From the NCBI GenBank assembly GCA_024679065.1, contig JAGIQG010000004.1:85808001-85872000 (forward strand): a DNA stretch of 64,000 nucleotides, read 5' to 3'. A model generated the notes under the pieces. That model made no database searches. It was given only the letters and a program-made list of their open reading frames with translations, and was not told the DNA's origin. Both the position numbers and the translations under genes were made by a program. Origin of the DNA: Sphyrna mokarran. Taxonomy: Eukaryota. Below, piece by piece: positions 1-13,260 of the stretch (within the stretch, counting starts at the first letter, position 1; each line of letters starts with the position of its first letter).

Positions 1-204
1 CAAGAACTCTTCCTCAGATTTCATTCCATAAAGATTTAACTTGACAGAAAGTTTTGTTGGGACAGAATTTGAGAATAAAGAACAGAACTGATACCATGCA
101 TAGTAGTAGAAGGAACTAAGAAGATGTCAGTGCAGGCACGAGGTGGGACTGTCAGAAACTGAGGGTCAGCCCCATGCACCAAGTCTTGAATTTAGAGAAT
201 TCTA

Positions 205-1009
205 AAGAATGCAGAGAACAGTATTGCAAAGCCCTAAACGGGAGGGGGCAATGGGATTGCTTAATTTTCTATTTTATTGTCGGGCAGCCAATATGTCAGC
301 GGTAGTGTGTTGGGTGCAGAGAGAGAGAGGCAACGGAATGTTCCTTGTTGGCTGCAGTTAGAATCTTTCTGCTGTGCTCCGGCTGCCTTGATATATTTCC
401 TGGTAAATTTTCCCCCTCCCAGTATACTAGGGGTGCACTTGTCAAGTCAACTGTTAGAATTTGGATGCAATTTAGACAGCACTTTGGGTTTCAGGCCTGG
501 TCGCTTGTCTTCCCAGTATTGTCTAACTATTTTTTTCCTCCGTCTGTTTTGGATGGTACCTTCAACATATGGGTCAAGCACAGGATCCAAACATTCCGGG
601 ACTTGTATGTGGATGGCGTGTTTATGTCATTTCAGCAGGTGGTGGATAAGTTTGATTTACCTGCAATACAACGGAGGAAAAAAATAGTTAGACAATACTG
701 GGAAGACAAGCGACCAGGCCTGAAACCCAAAGTGCTGTCTAAATTGCATCCAAATTCTAACAGTTGACTTGACAAGTGCACCCCTAGTATACTGGGAGGG
801 GGAAAATTTACCAGGAAATATATCAAGGCAGCCGGAGCACAGCAGAAAGATTCTAACTGCAGCCAACAAGGAACATTCCGTTGCCTCTCTCTCTCTGCAC
901 CCAACACACTACCGCTGACATATTGGCTGCCCGACAATAAAATAGAAAATTAAGCAATCCCATTGCCCCCTCCCGTTTAGGGCTTTGCAATACTGTTCTC
1001 TGCATTCTT
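205..1009. repeat. Perfect inverted repeat: arms 205-543 and 671-1009 (339 bp), 127-bp spacer
   Basis: The arms are exact reverse complements (paired coordinates sum to 1214). ORFs 277+/937- and 345+/869- begin with identical translations. Confidence 0.97.
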
Positions 1010-3500
1010 GGGTTTTTCCTATTCCAGACAAAGCTTGAAATGAGCCGATCAAGTCTGTGAAAAAAGGATTTGGGGATGCACAGAAAGAAATATAAAATCT
1101 TAGATAGCATGTTCATCTTCAACGCATTGATATGGCTCGTTAATGAGCCCATTGGGCGAATGGACCAACCTTTAAGGTCCTGTTCCATCCATCCCATGAG
1201 TGGAACAAAGTTAGCTCCAAAGAGCCGCTAAATTTGCTAGTCAGTTGCACTTCCAAGTAAGTAAACTGCCTACTGACAATCTTGAAAGGCAGGCTGTGGA
1301 GCAGGAAGCTATGAGCTTCAGCATTCAAAGGAAGGAGCTCACTCTCTTCAAGTTAAGCTTGCACCCTGAAATACAACCAAACCTCTCTAGTACAGATAAA
1401 ACTTCAGGAATCGAGTTGGATGGGTAGCCAGCATACAATAGTAGGTTGTTTGCACACTCTCTGCTCGATTCTCTCCCAACCAAAAGCTACAGCAAGAGGT
1501 TCAATAGTAATGGCAAATAAGAGGGGGGAGAGGAGGCATCGTTGCCTAGTGTCACAGGACAAAGGGAAAAAAGCTGAGTGCTCATCGTTTGTCCAGACCA
1601 AGGCTAGAGGGGTGGAGCACAGTACTTTGATCCAAGAGATGAGCTTTGGGCTGAACCTGAACCTCCTGAGAGCATAAAATAAATAATCCCATATCTCCTG
1701 ATCGAATGCTTTTTCACGGTCTAGCGAGATTAACACCTCTGGTAGCTTGGAGGTGGCAAGAACATACATAATGTTAAACAGCTGCCCAATATTCAAATAC
1801 ATATATCTATTTTTGATTAATCCAGTTTAGTCAGGCAAGATGATAGTGGGCAGAATGTCCTCCAAGCAAATGGCAGAATCTTAGAGATCAGTTTCAGATC
1901 CACATTCAGAAATGAGTTTGGTGTATAGGAGCTGCAGATTTGTGGGTCCTTGTTCTTATAAGGATAAGCAAATTTGTCACTTGCCTCAAAGTCTGATGGA
2001 GAGAGTGGTTCTCATATGATTCATTGATCATGAGTTGTAGTAGGGCAGCCAACCTATCCATAAAATTTTTATAGAATTCAATGGGGTACTCATCCAGTCT
2101 GGGACATTTCCCACTTGGCATGGTTCTGACCACTCTGACAATTTCTTCAACGTCGATTGGTTTCCCCAGTTCCTCTTCACCATGGGGCAATTCAGTGCCC
2201 CAAAGAACTCCTGAAAGTCAGCCTCATTGGCGATAGACTCTGAGCTATAGAGGGTTGAGTAAAAGTCCTTAAACAGCTCATTTATTTGTTGTAGATCAGT
2301 ACAGACCCATTCGGAGTCTGCATTTGTGGTATTAAACTTTTGGCGGAGAACTGGCACAGCTTGCTTGCCTTGTCCTCATGCTCGTGCTGTGTATACTTAA
2401 ATTTGAACAGCATCTCTTCTGGTTGACATGAGGACAAGGTCTCAAAATCTGTCTGTAGAAGTAAACGTTTCTTATATACTTCTCAGCAAGGGCCCACAGC
2501 ATATGTAGCATCAACTTGGGCAATACGCCCCAGCAATTCTGATAACCTCCTATCCCTCTGATTCGCTTTCTGTGCTGAATAAGATATAATTTGGCTCCTT
2601 AAATAAAACTTCAATGTCTCCCAAAAGATAACTTCAACACTCCCAGAGCATCATTAAACTCTAAAAAATCATTGATCTGGTTTAACAGAAATCTAACAAA
2701 TTCATCATCAGAGTAAACAAGCATCAAATCGCCAAGGCTACAGAGGCCCACTCTCCTCCCCTCTACCAAGTCCAATGTCAAGGGAGCATGGTGAGACATT
2801 ACAATGGTTACGTAGAGTGCATAGCCGGGAGCAACTTGTTATCTACCAAAAAATAATCTACACATGAATATGTTTGATAGATAAAAAAAGCATATTCTCT
2901 ACTAGTGGAGTTAAGAAACCTCCATGGGTCTGACATCACACATTCTGTGAGAAATGATTTAATAATTTCTGCCAACTTGGAAGATACAGTGGTCCTGGAG
3001 GAGAAGCAATCCAGGGCAGGATTCAACCAACAGTTGAAATCTCTGCCCAATATCACCCGATGTGAATTCAAATCTGGAAATAGTGCAAAAACAACTGGAG
3101 AAAGTTTTCACAGTCCCAGTTTGGGGCATACACATTGGCAAACACCAGGGATGTCCCTATAGTTTACTCTTGACAATGACATATTGGCCATTTTCAGTCA
3201 GAAATGACATTGGCTACTACCAAGGATAAGGGCATGTAGATGAGGATTGCTGCTCCCCAGCACCTTGGTGTGAAGTGTTGAGTGAAAGCATTAATGAGCA
3301 TGGCTTCCCGCCCCGCCGCCCCCCCCCATCCTTTACAAAGCCTAAAATAATTTACTGACCTGAAGTGGATACCCAGGCCAGTGGATACTGGCCTGAATTT
3401 GGATACCCAGTTGTTGAAGATGTTCAAATATCTTACTGCGCTTGACTGGATGATTTAATCGCTAACATTCCAACAACTGAAATTGATCCCTCCAAGGTCA
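671..3500 (-). pseudogene. L1 ORF2p (APE endonuclease + reverse transcriptase) remnant
   Basis: The SCWNV endonuclease start lies near 3480; EN and RT motifs are spread across frameshifted ORFs; post-RT LDRLISSFVWNRKNPR...PKREGAMGL lies at 853-1197. Confidence 0.9.
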
Positions 3501-4015
3501 GAGCATAAGGGAATCCTAGCCAGCAATCCACATTATAACAGTAGCTTGGGATCCCTCCTTACTGGGGAATCTCCCCCCAACCACTGACATCAGCAGATAC
3601 ACACCCCAGGGCTCTACACCCCACCTTCTCATCGGCCGCGGGGAACCAACCATGAGAAAGAGAGGCTGGTTTGAAAGAGGCCAAACCACACCAACAGAGA
3701 AAAAAAGATATAGCAAAGACATAAAAACACTCACATGGGACCAAACCCACAAACACAGCATCTCCCCTGCACCTACCCCAGCACGTGCCCTCCCAAACAG
3801 GGCACCTGTTCGTCCAACACCTCCTTGTCGCGGCACCTTCACAGCATGAGACATGATCTCCACCTCCATTCCCATCATCATCACACGTGTTATAACTTTA
3901 AAGGTCTGTAGAAATACCAAACACTTAACACAATCTAACAGTCACAAAACCCATTACCCTTTCCTGGCCAACAATTTGATCCAGGTATAAAATGCAGTTC
4001 ATAAAAAAACAAATA

Positions 4016-4909
4016 TCAGTTTACACCCGTCGTGTGGTCACCCAATTCAAAAGTCTGTTCCACAAGTTTCATTGTTGCCATCGGATCTGTGAACTTGTGC
4101 TCGGTTCCATTGTTGAGAGTAATCCTCAAGTAGGCTGGAAAACGAAACCCAAACCTGATCCCAGGACTGTTGCGCAGAAGTTGTTTGACATCAGCGAAGG
4201 CCGCCCTTCTCCTTGCCACCATCAGGGTAAAATCTGGAAATATCAGCAGCTGATTTTCCTGGTACCTCACAGGAGTGCCTGTGCAGCTTGCCACGGGATT
4301 CTGTCTCATGCTGAGGTGTAATGTACTTGTGTAATATTGGGCTGAAGAGCTTCTTCTAGTCTGAGCTTTGCTCGTAACACTCTATGTGCACGATTCAGAA
4401 GCGGCTCATCCTCAGGTTTCAATACTTTTCAATAGCCAAGTGACAAAGTCTGTGATATTTGGGCCCTGGATTCCCTCTGGAAGGTCTATCAGATGGATGT
4501 TATTTGTTTTTGGTGTCTTTCCTTTCATCTCATCACATTTCCCCCTTAGGGCCTTAACCTCCAATGTCAAATGAAAAACTTGGTTTTCCAGCTCGGAGAC
4601 AATGTTTCTACTAAATGCCTTCAAGTCCTCAAGTTTCTTCAAGCGGTTCTCATAGGCAAAGATGACACCTTGGAGAGATTTAACAGGTGATCAGAGCTCG
4701 TCTATCAGCCCATCTATCTTGGCTTGTAACTCAGTGGTCCACTGGTCCAACTTACTGTTCAATCTTTACATGGCCTCCATAATAGTTTCCTCTGTCCTTT
4801 CACTCAATGTGCTGCGTTCAGAGATCCCACCAGGAGAGCATAGTGAGACCCACCATCATCCCCCCATCCCTGTGGTCCCACTGTTCGATTTTGTTTTGCC
4901 TCCTGCCAT
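4016..4909 (-). pseudogene. L1 ORF1p (RNA-binding, Transposase_22-like) remnant
   Basis: LLIFPDFTLMVARRRAAFADVKQLL...FGFRFPAYLRIT is a typical fish L1 ORF1 C-terminus. A coiled coil and NNIHLIDLPEG lie at 4412-4642, with a candidate ATG at 4909. Confidence 0.85.
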
Positions 4910-5649
4910 TTTGCCATTGCTAATGGCTTACCCATTTCCTTCAGCCTGGAGTGCTATTTTTCAGTCCACGTATCAAGCTGTTTCGCTGTTTGATCTACCA
5001 GAGTTCTTGCATGGATTGCGTTTCACTTCACCCTTAACTGAGCGAACTGAAGCAGCAAAGGGTTCCCAGCAAGTTGCAACCTTTCTCTCCCTCACTTTAA
5101 TTCACTCTTGATTGGATGAAAAAAGAAGTAGCACAGAGTCCCCAAGTTGATCTGACAGCTGCATTTTTATGACACAGAAGTTCTTCCCTGCGCTGTCCCC
5201 CCACCCTAACCCAATTTACACTTGACTGAGTGAAAAAACTATAAGATGGTTCCAGACAAGTGCCAACATGCCCCTCCAGAGCTCTAGCTGCAAAAAAGCA
5301 ATCCATAAGCCCAAGTAGCTGCTTGCAATTTGCAGCACAATCTCGGTGGCTCCTGCTTCCCACTTTAATTTACCCTTTCTTGGGTGAAAACAGAAGAGAG
5401 TTTATGGACAGAGGCCCTCCCCTGCTGAGTATACACAGTAAATTCCAACCAGCAGGAAGGAATCTAAAAATAACCCTTTCCAGCCAGACTTTTGAAGTTC
5501 TCTCTTTGCAACTGTCCTCCAGGTATGTTTAAAGCTTGCTTGGTGAACATTAACCTCTCTCCGGACCTTAACAAACAGCTGGATTTCAAGAAGAACCTTA
5601 CCACTTGTGGATCATACTTCCTCTCACATCAGCACCATCTTTGATTCCT

Positions 5650-5755
5650 GGGATGGAAGAATGTTAATAGTGGCCTAAAAACTTTAAATCTGTTTCTCTT
5701 GCCACAGATGCTGCCAGACCTGTTGAGTTTATCTAGCATTTTTTGTTTTTATTAC
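5650..5755 (+). mobile_element. Penelope-like element terminal (pLTR) fragment
   Basis: ccacagatgctgccagacctgttgagtttatctagcatt resembles the recurrent shark PLE terminal repeat; a related copy lies at 7321-7445 on the opposite strand. Confidence 0.55.
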
Positions 5756-6014
5756 TAAAGTATTCTGTAAACATATAAATAACAAAAGGGGAATTAAAAA
5801 TAGAATCAGTTGGCTAGTTCATCCATCCTATTCCCACTGAGTGGGTTGGATGAACATCTAGTTTATTGTCACCTCTCTCAGAGATTGCCTGACTTTGATA
5901 GCGAGGAGGAATTCAATGGAGTTGATGGTCTTGGTGAGTTGCACAAGAAAGGCTTGTTGGACTTTTCCAATTCTTCTCTGTGCTAAATCTTTCTAGATGC
6001 TTTTACAAATGCAG

Positions 6015-7145
6015 TGGGTGGAACTCTCCCCCGCAAAAATTCCAGATGTTGAATTCATGGGAAAATTGGAATAATTCATGTTGTTTTTTTCAGTGCGAGT
6101 TCACAGTTGAATCTCCCACAGTCTGTGCACTGCAAAGGCCACCATCAGATTTCAGGAGATGGGGCCTATTCCCACTTGGGATGCTGAAGCCAGTGAGCCT
6201 CTGTGCATGCACTGTGGCCCTGAACTGTCATTCTCCCATTTGCTGGCCAGCTCAATTGTTGGCCAGTCAGAGAAGCTTGCAATGCTGCCTCCCTCCCATC
6301 CTCAAACGGCCCAATTGTGCCCTCTCCCCGACAACTTCCATATCCGCCTGACTCCTCTACCTCCCCCTCCGTTCCGGACTGCCCTCATGTCCATCTTCAC
6401 CGCCATCCTAGTGGGGGTCAATCTTCCCAACAGAATCTTCCCTAGCAGACCTCCATCCTTGTGGTAGACCCCCACCTTCCCGGCAAACCCAACCACCACC
6501 CCCAGCCTCCAGCCCCATCTGATCACTGGCCTGCCTCCTGTCCCCATCGATTCCAATGCAGAGTAGCAGCGGGACCCCCACCCCACTAATGAGCCCCTCA
6601 TCTCTGTCACAATAGGGCCCACTCAAATAGGCCTTCTCCTCCCTAGATTCTGCCCCCATATGCCCATTGGGCAATGCCAAGGTGTCCCTGAGCATGTGCA
6701 CTTTGCCCCTTGGACAGTGCCCAGGGGCACAGGCTGATACTGTCAGTGTGCCCATTCCCAGGGGACATCCCCCACCACCCGACCCCTGCACGGGCCCCTC
6801 CTTCACTCCAATGGAGCCAACCCACTAGTTTCCAGAAAGTAGGAAGTTAGTATAAACCCTGCTGGAGTGAAATGCTCTGGCGGGTTGGGGACATGTTGGC
6901 GAGAGAACTCAGTCTGGGACTCTCTAATAGCATTTAATTGATATGTGAAATATCATTTAAATACTAACCCCACCTCCCCACTGATTTCCAGCAAGGAGCA
7001 GACCATGTCAGAGTTCTGGTACTGGGAGATGTTAGTGAGGTGTGTGAGCACTCACAGGAATCCTGCAAATCGACACCCCCCTTCATGTGATTCTACTGAA
7101 CAGCGGCACTAAGAAATTAATGCAGCAGGATGGGAAAATCGCTAT
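6015..7145. mobile_element. Non-autonomous PIF/Harbinger-like element with C-rich interior
   Basis: Starts agt-gggtggaactctccc and ends gggaaaatcg, like the termini of the short MITEs; low-complexity C-rich core with no coding motifs. Confidence 0.5.
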
Positions 7146-7320
7146 GATTTTCCTCAGAACTGATCCTGTGCCACCACTATAAAAGCCTGAAATACAGCAG
7201 AAACTCTGACTGTACAAGTACATGGTGGCCAGTGGCCTCCCAGCAATGTCATTCTTGGAACTTCCCAGCCAATGTGATGTATACATTATTGCTCTCATTG
7301 AACATAGGAAATAATAACAA

Positions 7321-7445
7321 GATAAAAGCAAAACACTGCAGAATCTGAAACAAAAACAGAAAACGTTGGAAAAGCTCAGCCGGTCTGACAGCATCTGTGA
7401 AGAGAGAATGGAGCCATCGTTTTAAGTCTAGATGAACCTTCAGTT
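7321..7445 (-). mobile_element. Penelope-like pLTR fragment
   Basis: The reverse complement reads ctgaaggttcatctagacttaaaacg...cacagatgctgtcagaccggctgag, the same family as 5650-5755. Confidence 0.55.
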
Positions 7446-9002
7446 ATCCTATATCACCTTCTTGAAAATTATTTTTTTATTTTGCCAAATGTGGAATGGT
7501 CTTTCCCAATGGGAAGACATATTTTGGAATGTTCAGAAAAAAATGACCACATCTTTAAACAGTTCTTAGGACAGTTTCTCAGCGCTCCACTGCTGGGAGT
7601 GAGAAACACTGCACAACACAAATTCAATATGCATGAATCTGCATATGGTTACTGCATGCAGCTTACATCCATCAAAACAAAAAGTACCCCTTTTCCGTGA
7701 ATATGACCCTTCCCCTGGCCCCTCTCCATTATGAATAGTACAGCTTGCCGTTCAGTTCTGTGATGTGACTGGCTCAGAGATGGTACAAATGCAATGTCTT
7801 TCCCAACACCCTAAAGCAGTAGGTTTCAGAATTAAGTGTTAAAACCACAAAGGATCACATAAGGTTTATGTTATTCGAAATAAAACTCAACTGGGACAAT
7901 TGCTTGGGATGTAATTCACCCTTGGGGCTTCAGGTGTTGCTGACTGATTCACATGGGTGTTGTTCCCCATGCTTTGTTAACCCCACCTGTAGCTGCCATG
8001 CCCTTTTAGAAAGCTCAGTCATCTAATTGATTTGAGTTTTCACTCAATGTAACACTGCCATCTTCTGAGTGTTGTTGATTGTAAATCCGTTTGTCCTAAG
8101 TATTTCACTGGATTAAGGTAAAGGGAGCTACATTAATGATACTTTTTTATTCCCCAAGCTTCAAATGAGATTGTGGTCTAGGGTTCATCAACCAAGCTCA
8201 GTTATTTCTTCCGCCTCTTGAGAGCGACAACTGTTTCCGTATATTCCAGCTCATCTTTAAATGCTGAGTGGGTTTCTGTGATTCACCCAGCGATAGTCAC
8301 ACGCTCTCAGTAATGCCCTCATTCTAGCGAGTGTACTGGGGCTAACATTTCAATAAGATCTCCTAATGGGATGAATGAATCAGCTAAAACATTGTTTCAT
8401 TGAAGTTGATCTTCTGATCATTCTTTCTGTCGACATTTATCACCTGTGAGGGCTCAATTGGACAGGAATTCCACTCTGAATTGTAAAACAGATTATTTTA
8501 TGCAGTGTGATATTTCCTTTTTATAAATTAAATTTTGTGTCATGTCATATGATGGCTTATGTGATTATATATTAATTTTTCTTACAGTTATTCATTTCTA
8601 ATTTCCTTTCATTCTGTCATGAAGGCACTGAATTTCACTAACATACTGTTCCCCAGGTACTCACAGTCCTCTGAAACTTTGTCTAAATGACTGTCTTTAA
8701 TATGTGAGTTCAACTAGTGAGTGTCCTGTTATAAATGTCATGTTTGATATTGAAAGTATTTATTGAGTGGACTGAAACATCAGGTCAGGTTTTAAAAAAT
8801 GAACAACATCATTTTAAGTAACTTAAACAGCAGCTCCTAAGATGGCTGAACATTCACATTTACATATAACCAGGCCATCAGTAAAATAGCAGGCTGTCTA
8901 AAAATAACCCAACGGAGACTATCAACTTAGATAAATGTAACTGATCCGTTCACAAAATATCCAACCACAACATATGTATTTAATTGGGTGTGGACCAAAA
9001 CC

Positions 9003-10588
9003 AAGATCGAGTATGCAGACATTAAGAAAGAGGATGTGTTGGAAATTTTGAGTAGCATCAAGATAGATAAGTCACCAGAACAGATGGAATGTATCCCAGG
9101 TTACTGTGGGAGATGAGGGAAGAGATTGCAGAACCTCTGGCAATGATCTTTGCTTCGTCAAAGGAGATGAGAGAAGTTCCGGAGGATTGGAAAACTGCGA
9201 TATGGTTCCTATATTCAAGTAAACAAATAGGGATAGCCCAGGAAATTACCAACCGGTGAGTCTAACTTCAGTGGTTGGTAACTTGATGGAGAAGATTCTG
9301 AGGGACAGGATTTATGAACATTTAGAGATGTTTAGTATGCTCAATAGTAGTCAGCACAGCTTTCTCAAAGGTAGATCGTGCCTTACGAGCCTAGTTGAGT
9401 TCTTTGAAAATGCGACTAAACAGATTGACGAAGGGAGAGTGGTAGATGTGGTTTACATGGACTTCAGCAAGGTGTTCGATAAGCCATGCAAGACTTCTTG
9501 AGAAACTGAGAGGGCATAGGATCCAAGGGGCTATTGCCTTATGGATTCAGAACTGGCTTGCCTGCAGAAAGCAAAGAGTGGTTGCAGATGGATCTTTTTC
9601 TGCATGGATTGGTCACCAGTAGAGTGCCCCAAGGATCTGTTCTAGAAACCTTGAGGCTTGTAATTTTTATAAATGACCAGGATGAGAAGTGGAGTTTGCC
9701 GACGACACAAAGGTTGGTGGTGTTGTGGACAGTCTGGAGGAATATCAGAAGTTGCAGCGTGACATAAATAGGATGCAAGGCTGGGCGGAGAAGTGGCAGA
9801 TGGAGTTCAACCTGGATAAATGTATAATGGCCCATTTTAGTAGGTCAAATGGGATAAAGGAGTATAATATCAAGAATAAGACTCTTAGCAACGTAGAGGA
9901 TCAGAAAGATCTTGGTTTCTGGGTGCATAAAACCCTTAAACTGGCCTCACAGATAGATGATGTGGTTAAGAAGGCGTATGGTATACTGGCCTTCATCAAT
10001 CGAGGAATTGAGTTTAGGAGTCGGGAGATAATGCTGCAACTTTATAAGACATTCGTCAGAGCCCTCTTGGAGTACTGTACGCAGTTCTTGTTGCCTCATT
10101 ACAGGAAAGATGTATAAGCTATTGGAAGGGTGCAAAGGAGATTTACAAAGATGTTGCCTGGATTGGGTGGCATACCTTATGAGGATAGATTGAGGGAGCT
10201 CGGTCTTTTCTCCTTGGAGAGATGAAGGATGAGAGACGACCTGATAGGAGTGTATAAGATGTTGAGAGATATAGATCAAATGGATTTTCAGAGGCTTTTT
10301 CACAGGGCTGAAATGGTTGCTATAGAGGAACCTAGTAAGGTGCTAGGAAGTAGGTACAGAGTAGATGTCAGGGGTAAGTTTTTCACTTAGAGGGTGGTGG
10401 GTGAGTAGAATCGGCTGCCGTCGGTGGTGGTGGAGGCAAATTCGATAGGGTCTTTTAAGAGATTTCTTGATGAGTACATGGGACTTAATAGGATTGAGGG
10501 TTATAAATAAGCCTAGTAGGTAGAGATATCATCGGCGCAACTTGTGGGCCAAGGGGCCTGGTTGTGCTGTAGTTTTTCTATGTTCTAA
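9003..10588 (+). mobile_element. 5'-truncated CR1 (HER1-like) LINE
   Basis: RT motifs SLTSVVGNLMEKIL, VDVVYMDFSKVFDK, VPQGSVL, FADDTK, WAEKWQMEFN, LQLYKTFVR..LEYC; 3' tail ...ttctatgttcta. Confidence 0.95.
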
Positions 10589-10997
10589 GCCTTTAGTTCA
10601 ATCACTTGGACAATGGATTCTGGCTGAGATGGAACTCCACTGACCATATAACCTAAACATATTTAAACAATGGTTTTGGAACAAGCTTCATATGACCATG
10701 TTTGGGTAACCAACAGTTTATGAGTGAAGATCGTGTGATGACCAAGCTTTCTTGGTGCTTCAAGAAGCTTTCCAGGCCAGTCAATGTGTGACCAAGGCCG
10801 AGTTGAGGATGCCAAGATTGTGCAGTATATTCGAGCTTGGTAGCTGGAGATGGCAAGGAAACTGGTTGAAGTCTGAGTTCTTGAGTATTTAAAAAGGTGC
10901 AGCATTTGAAGACAGACACTGAAAACATGTCAAGTGGATGCAAATCTACTTAAGTGTTGTCAAAGTCTTTGAGTAAGCCTTCAATAATTGGAACTTA

Positions 10998-11075
10998 CAA
11001 AGAACAAAGAACAAAACAGCATGGGAAACAGGTCCTTCGGCTCAACGAACCCATGGCACCACCTCAATGTTCCCA
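10998..11075 (-). mobile_element. CR1 3' tail fragment
   Basis: acaaagaacaaagaacaaaacagcatgggaaacaggtccttcggc is the reverse complement of a CR1 3' end. Confidence 0.6.
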
Positions 11076-11299
11076 CTTCTACCCATGATCCCTGTCTATG
11101 TTTATAGATCTATGCATTGGAACCAAATTTGTGAGACAATTTAGGGAGAATTTGTTTTGCCAATCAACCTAAAAGCACAACTTATGAAAGAATGCTCGTT
11201 TTTGTCTTTTCTGGAGGTGATCTTGCTAATTCACTGAGCAGAAGGAGACTTTGGTATGAATGGGAGTGAGAAGATTGGATTGCATGATAATAACATCAC

Positions 11300-12150
11300 A
11301 TGTATGGTGAGAGGCAATGGCAATGACATGTATCAGAGCATGCTTACACAGTGTAAGAGGCTATATCTTATTGTCTCCTTTTGTAGCTCCCACAAGTGCC
11401 AGCACCACTCATTCACATTCCCACTCCCTCCCACTCCATTGGGCCACTTTATCCTTTGGTATCAGAAGGAGAAAAATATGTCCAAGAAGCACCTTCATAT
11501 CCAATTAGCTCATTTTCCATTAACACATGTCTATGTGCCCAGAGAGTCTCTCTGATAGCCTTCATACATCTATGTGCGACTGACTGTGAGATACCATGGA
11601 AGTCTCCAGCTGAGCCCTGGACAGAGCTAACAACATAAAAATTCAGAGCCACCGTAACCTTGAGAGCCACGTATGTGACACATAAATTAACAGACTGTAA
11701 TGCCAGATTTTGTTGCACCATAGCACATGTCTCAGCAACCAGTTCCCAAGTTAACCCATACCTTCTTCTGCATTGGTTCTCTGATACAACCACACATGAT
11801 TTCCACACTCAGTAGATCTGTAGCTTGAATCAAAGCCTGGTTGTCCTCCTTCTCCTTCTGGCCTTGTCCCATCCTGGCCTCACATTGCTTCTGTCCACAT
11901 GCTACTTGGGTGCTTCTATTCAAAGACTCCATCTTCATTTTTGCAGCTTCTATGCCACAATTTGCACACTTCCCCCATTCTCCTTTCTCCCATTTGGATG
12001 CCTGAACCATAAGAGGCAAAAGTATTTGTCTTTCCAAGGCCATAAGCCCCACTCAAATTCCCTTCAACTCCCCACATAAAATGATGAGTGCCGGATATGG
12101 GAGTGGGACTTCCAGATTCTGGTATCTGCTGTCATTTTGGCTAAGGCATA
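11300..12150 (-). mobile_element. PIF/Harbinger transposase remnant
   Basis: ORF 11449-11808: VALKVTVALNFYVVSSVQGSAGDFHGISQSVAHRCMKAIRETL matches the Harbinger/HARBI1 helix-turn-helix region; a GDKGYPL-like trace lies near 11355-11380. Confidence 0.75.
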
Positions 12151-12423
12151 GAGACCTTCCATCTTGGCGAACACTTGGGCCATGGAGGTCATTATATCAT
12201 CTAATTCAGCACATATTAAAAATAAACTTGGACTTATTTTATTCTATGGAACTCAGTGCCTTACTGGTGATGTACTTAATCACTGAGTTAGCAGCAAGTC
12301 AGCAAATTTTTGTAATTTTGCCAAATTCATTTAAAAAGCATCATATTACAGTTGCTCACAGCTTCAATCCTGAATTGCGCAGACCATTCGAAGAGGGAAG
12401 TAGCAAATTCAACTGCACTGTTT

Positions 12424-12989
12424 TTGCAACTGTACAAAACTCTAGTGCGGCCGCACTTGGAGTATTGTGTGCAGTTCTGGTCGCCACATTATAAGAAAGA
12501 TGTGGAGGCATTGGAGAGGGTACAGAGGAGGTTTACTAGGATGTTGCCTGGTATGGAGGGCAGGTCCTATGGAGAGAGGTTGAAGGATTTGAGGTTGGTT
12601 TCGTTAGAAAGGAGGCGGCTAAGAGGGGATCTTATTGAAGCATATAAGATGATTAGAGGTTTAGATAGGGTGGACAGTGATAGCCTTTTTCCTAGGATGG
12701 AGAAAGCTAGCACGAGGGGAAACAGCTTTAAATTAAGGGGTGATAGTTATAGGACGGATATCAGAGGTAGGTTCTTTACCCAAAGGGTGGTTCGGGAGTG
12801 GAATGCCCTGCCTGCAGCAGTTGTAGATGCGCCCAAGTTTGGTGGCGTTTAAGAGGTTAGTTGATAAGTATATGGAAGAGAAGGGAATGGTTTAGTTTGG
12901 AGGGGCATTGTTTTTTATTTTGGTCGGCACAACATCGAAGGCCGAAGGGCCTGTTCTGTGCTGTATTGTTCTATGTTCTATGTTCTATG
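12424..12989 (+). mobile_element. Relatively young 5'-truncated CR1 LINE 3' end
   Basis: Uninterrupted LQLYKTLVRPHLEYCVQFWSPHYKKDVEALERVQRRFTRMLPG...FFTQRVVREWNALP; (gttctat)n tail. Confidence 0.96.
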
Positions 12990-13260
12990 TTACTTATAAT
13001 TAAAGGCTTGCTAACCTGCATGATTAAAGCTGCCAAAGGAAGAAAGACTTACATTTATATAGTGCCTTACACAACCATCAAACATTCCAAAGCATCCTAC
13101 AGCTAATGTTAAACTATAATGACTACAGTAGAAACTTGGCGACAGACTCCGATAAACAGGGATATGATAATGACCAAATGGTCAGTTTTTGTGATATTGA
13201 TTGAGGGATAACCTTTGGTCAGGATAATGGGATCATTGCACTGTTCCACTACAAAACTGT

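Larger units (their letters stand above)
671..5060 (-). mobile_element. Degenerate near full-length L1-clade LINE (5'UTR, ORF1, inter-ORF spacer, ORF2 EN+RT); 3' end lost or rearranged
   Basis: Minus-strand ORF fragments lie in L1 order: ORF1 (4016-4642), APE endonuclease (ILGRDFN, YSCVDYFL, SHHAPL; 2611-3490) and RT (GKCPRLDEYPIEFYK, SLDREKAFD, TRQRCLLSPLLFAITIEPL; 853-2357). Many frameshifts and stops. Confidence 0.93.

Noticed and set aside
277-937. Pairs of identical ORFs on opposite strands as duplicated genes
   Set aside because: They are frameshifted L1 ORF2 sequence copied by the inverted repeat.
10590-10960. Possible Gypsy pol remnant on the minus strand (RPWSHID, LGYMVS)
   Set aside because: The motifs are too short and out of expected order to support without a search.
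11449-11808. Domesticated HARBI1 gene
   Set aside because: Fragmentary, with internal deletions and stops; a decayed transposon copy.
12352-12852. Longest ORF (166 aa) as a host gene
   Set aside because: It is the C-terminus of CR1 ORF2 in a 5'-truncated copy with the typical tail.
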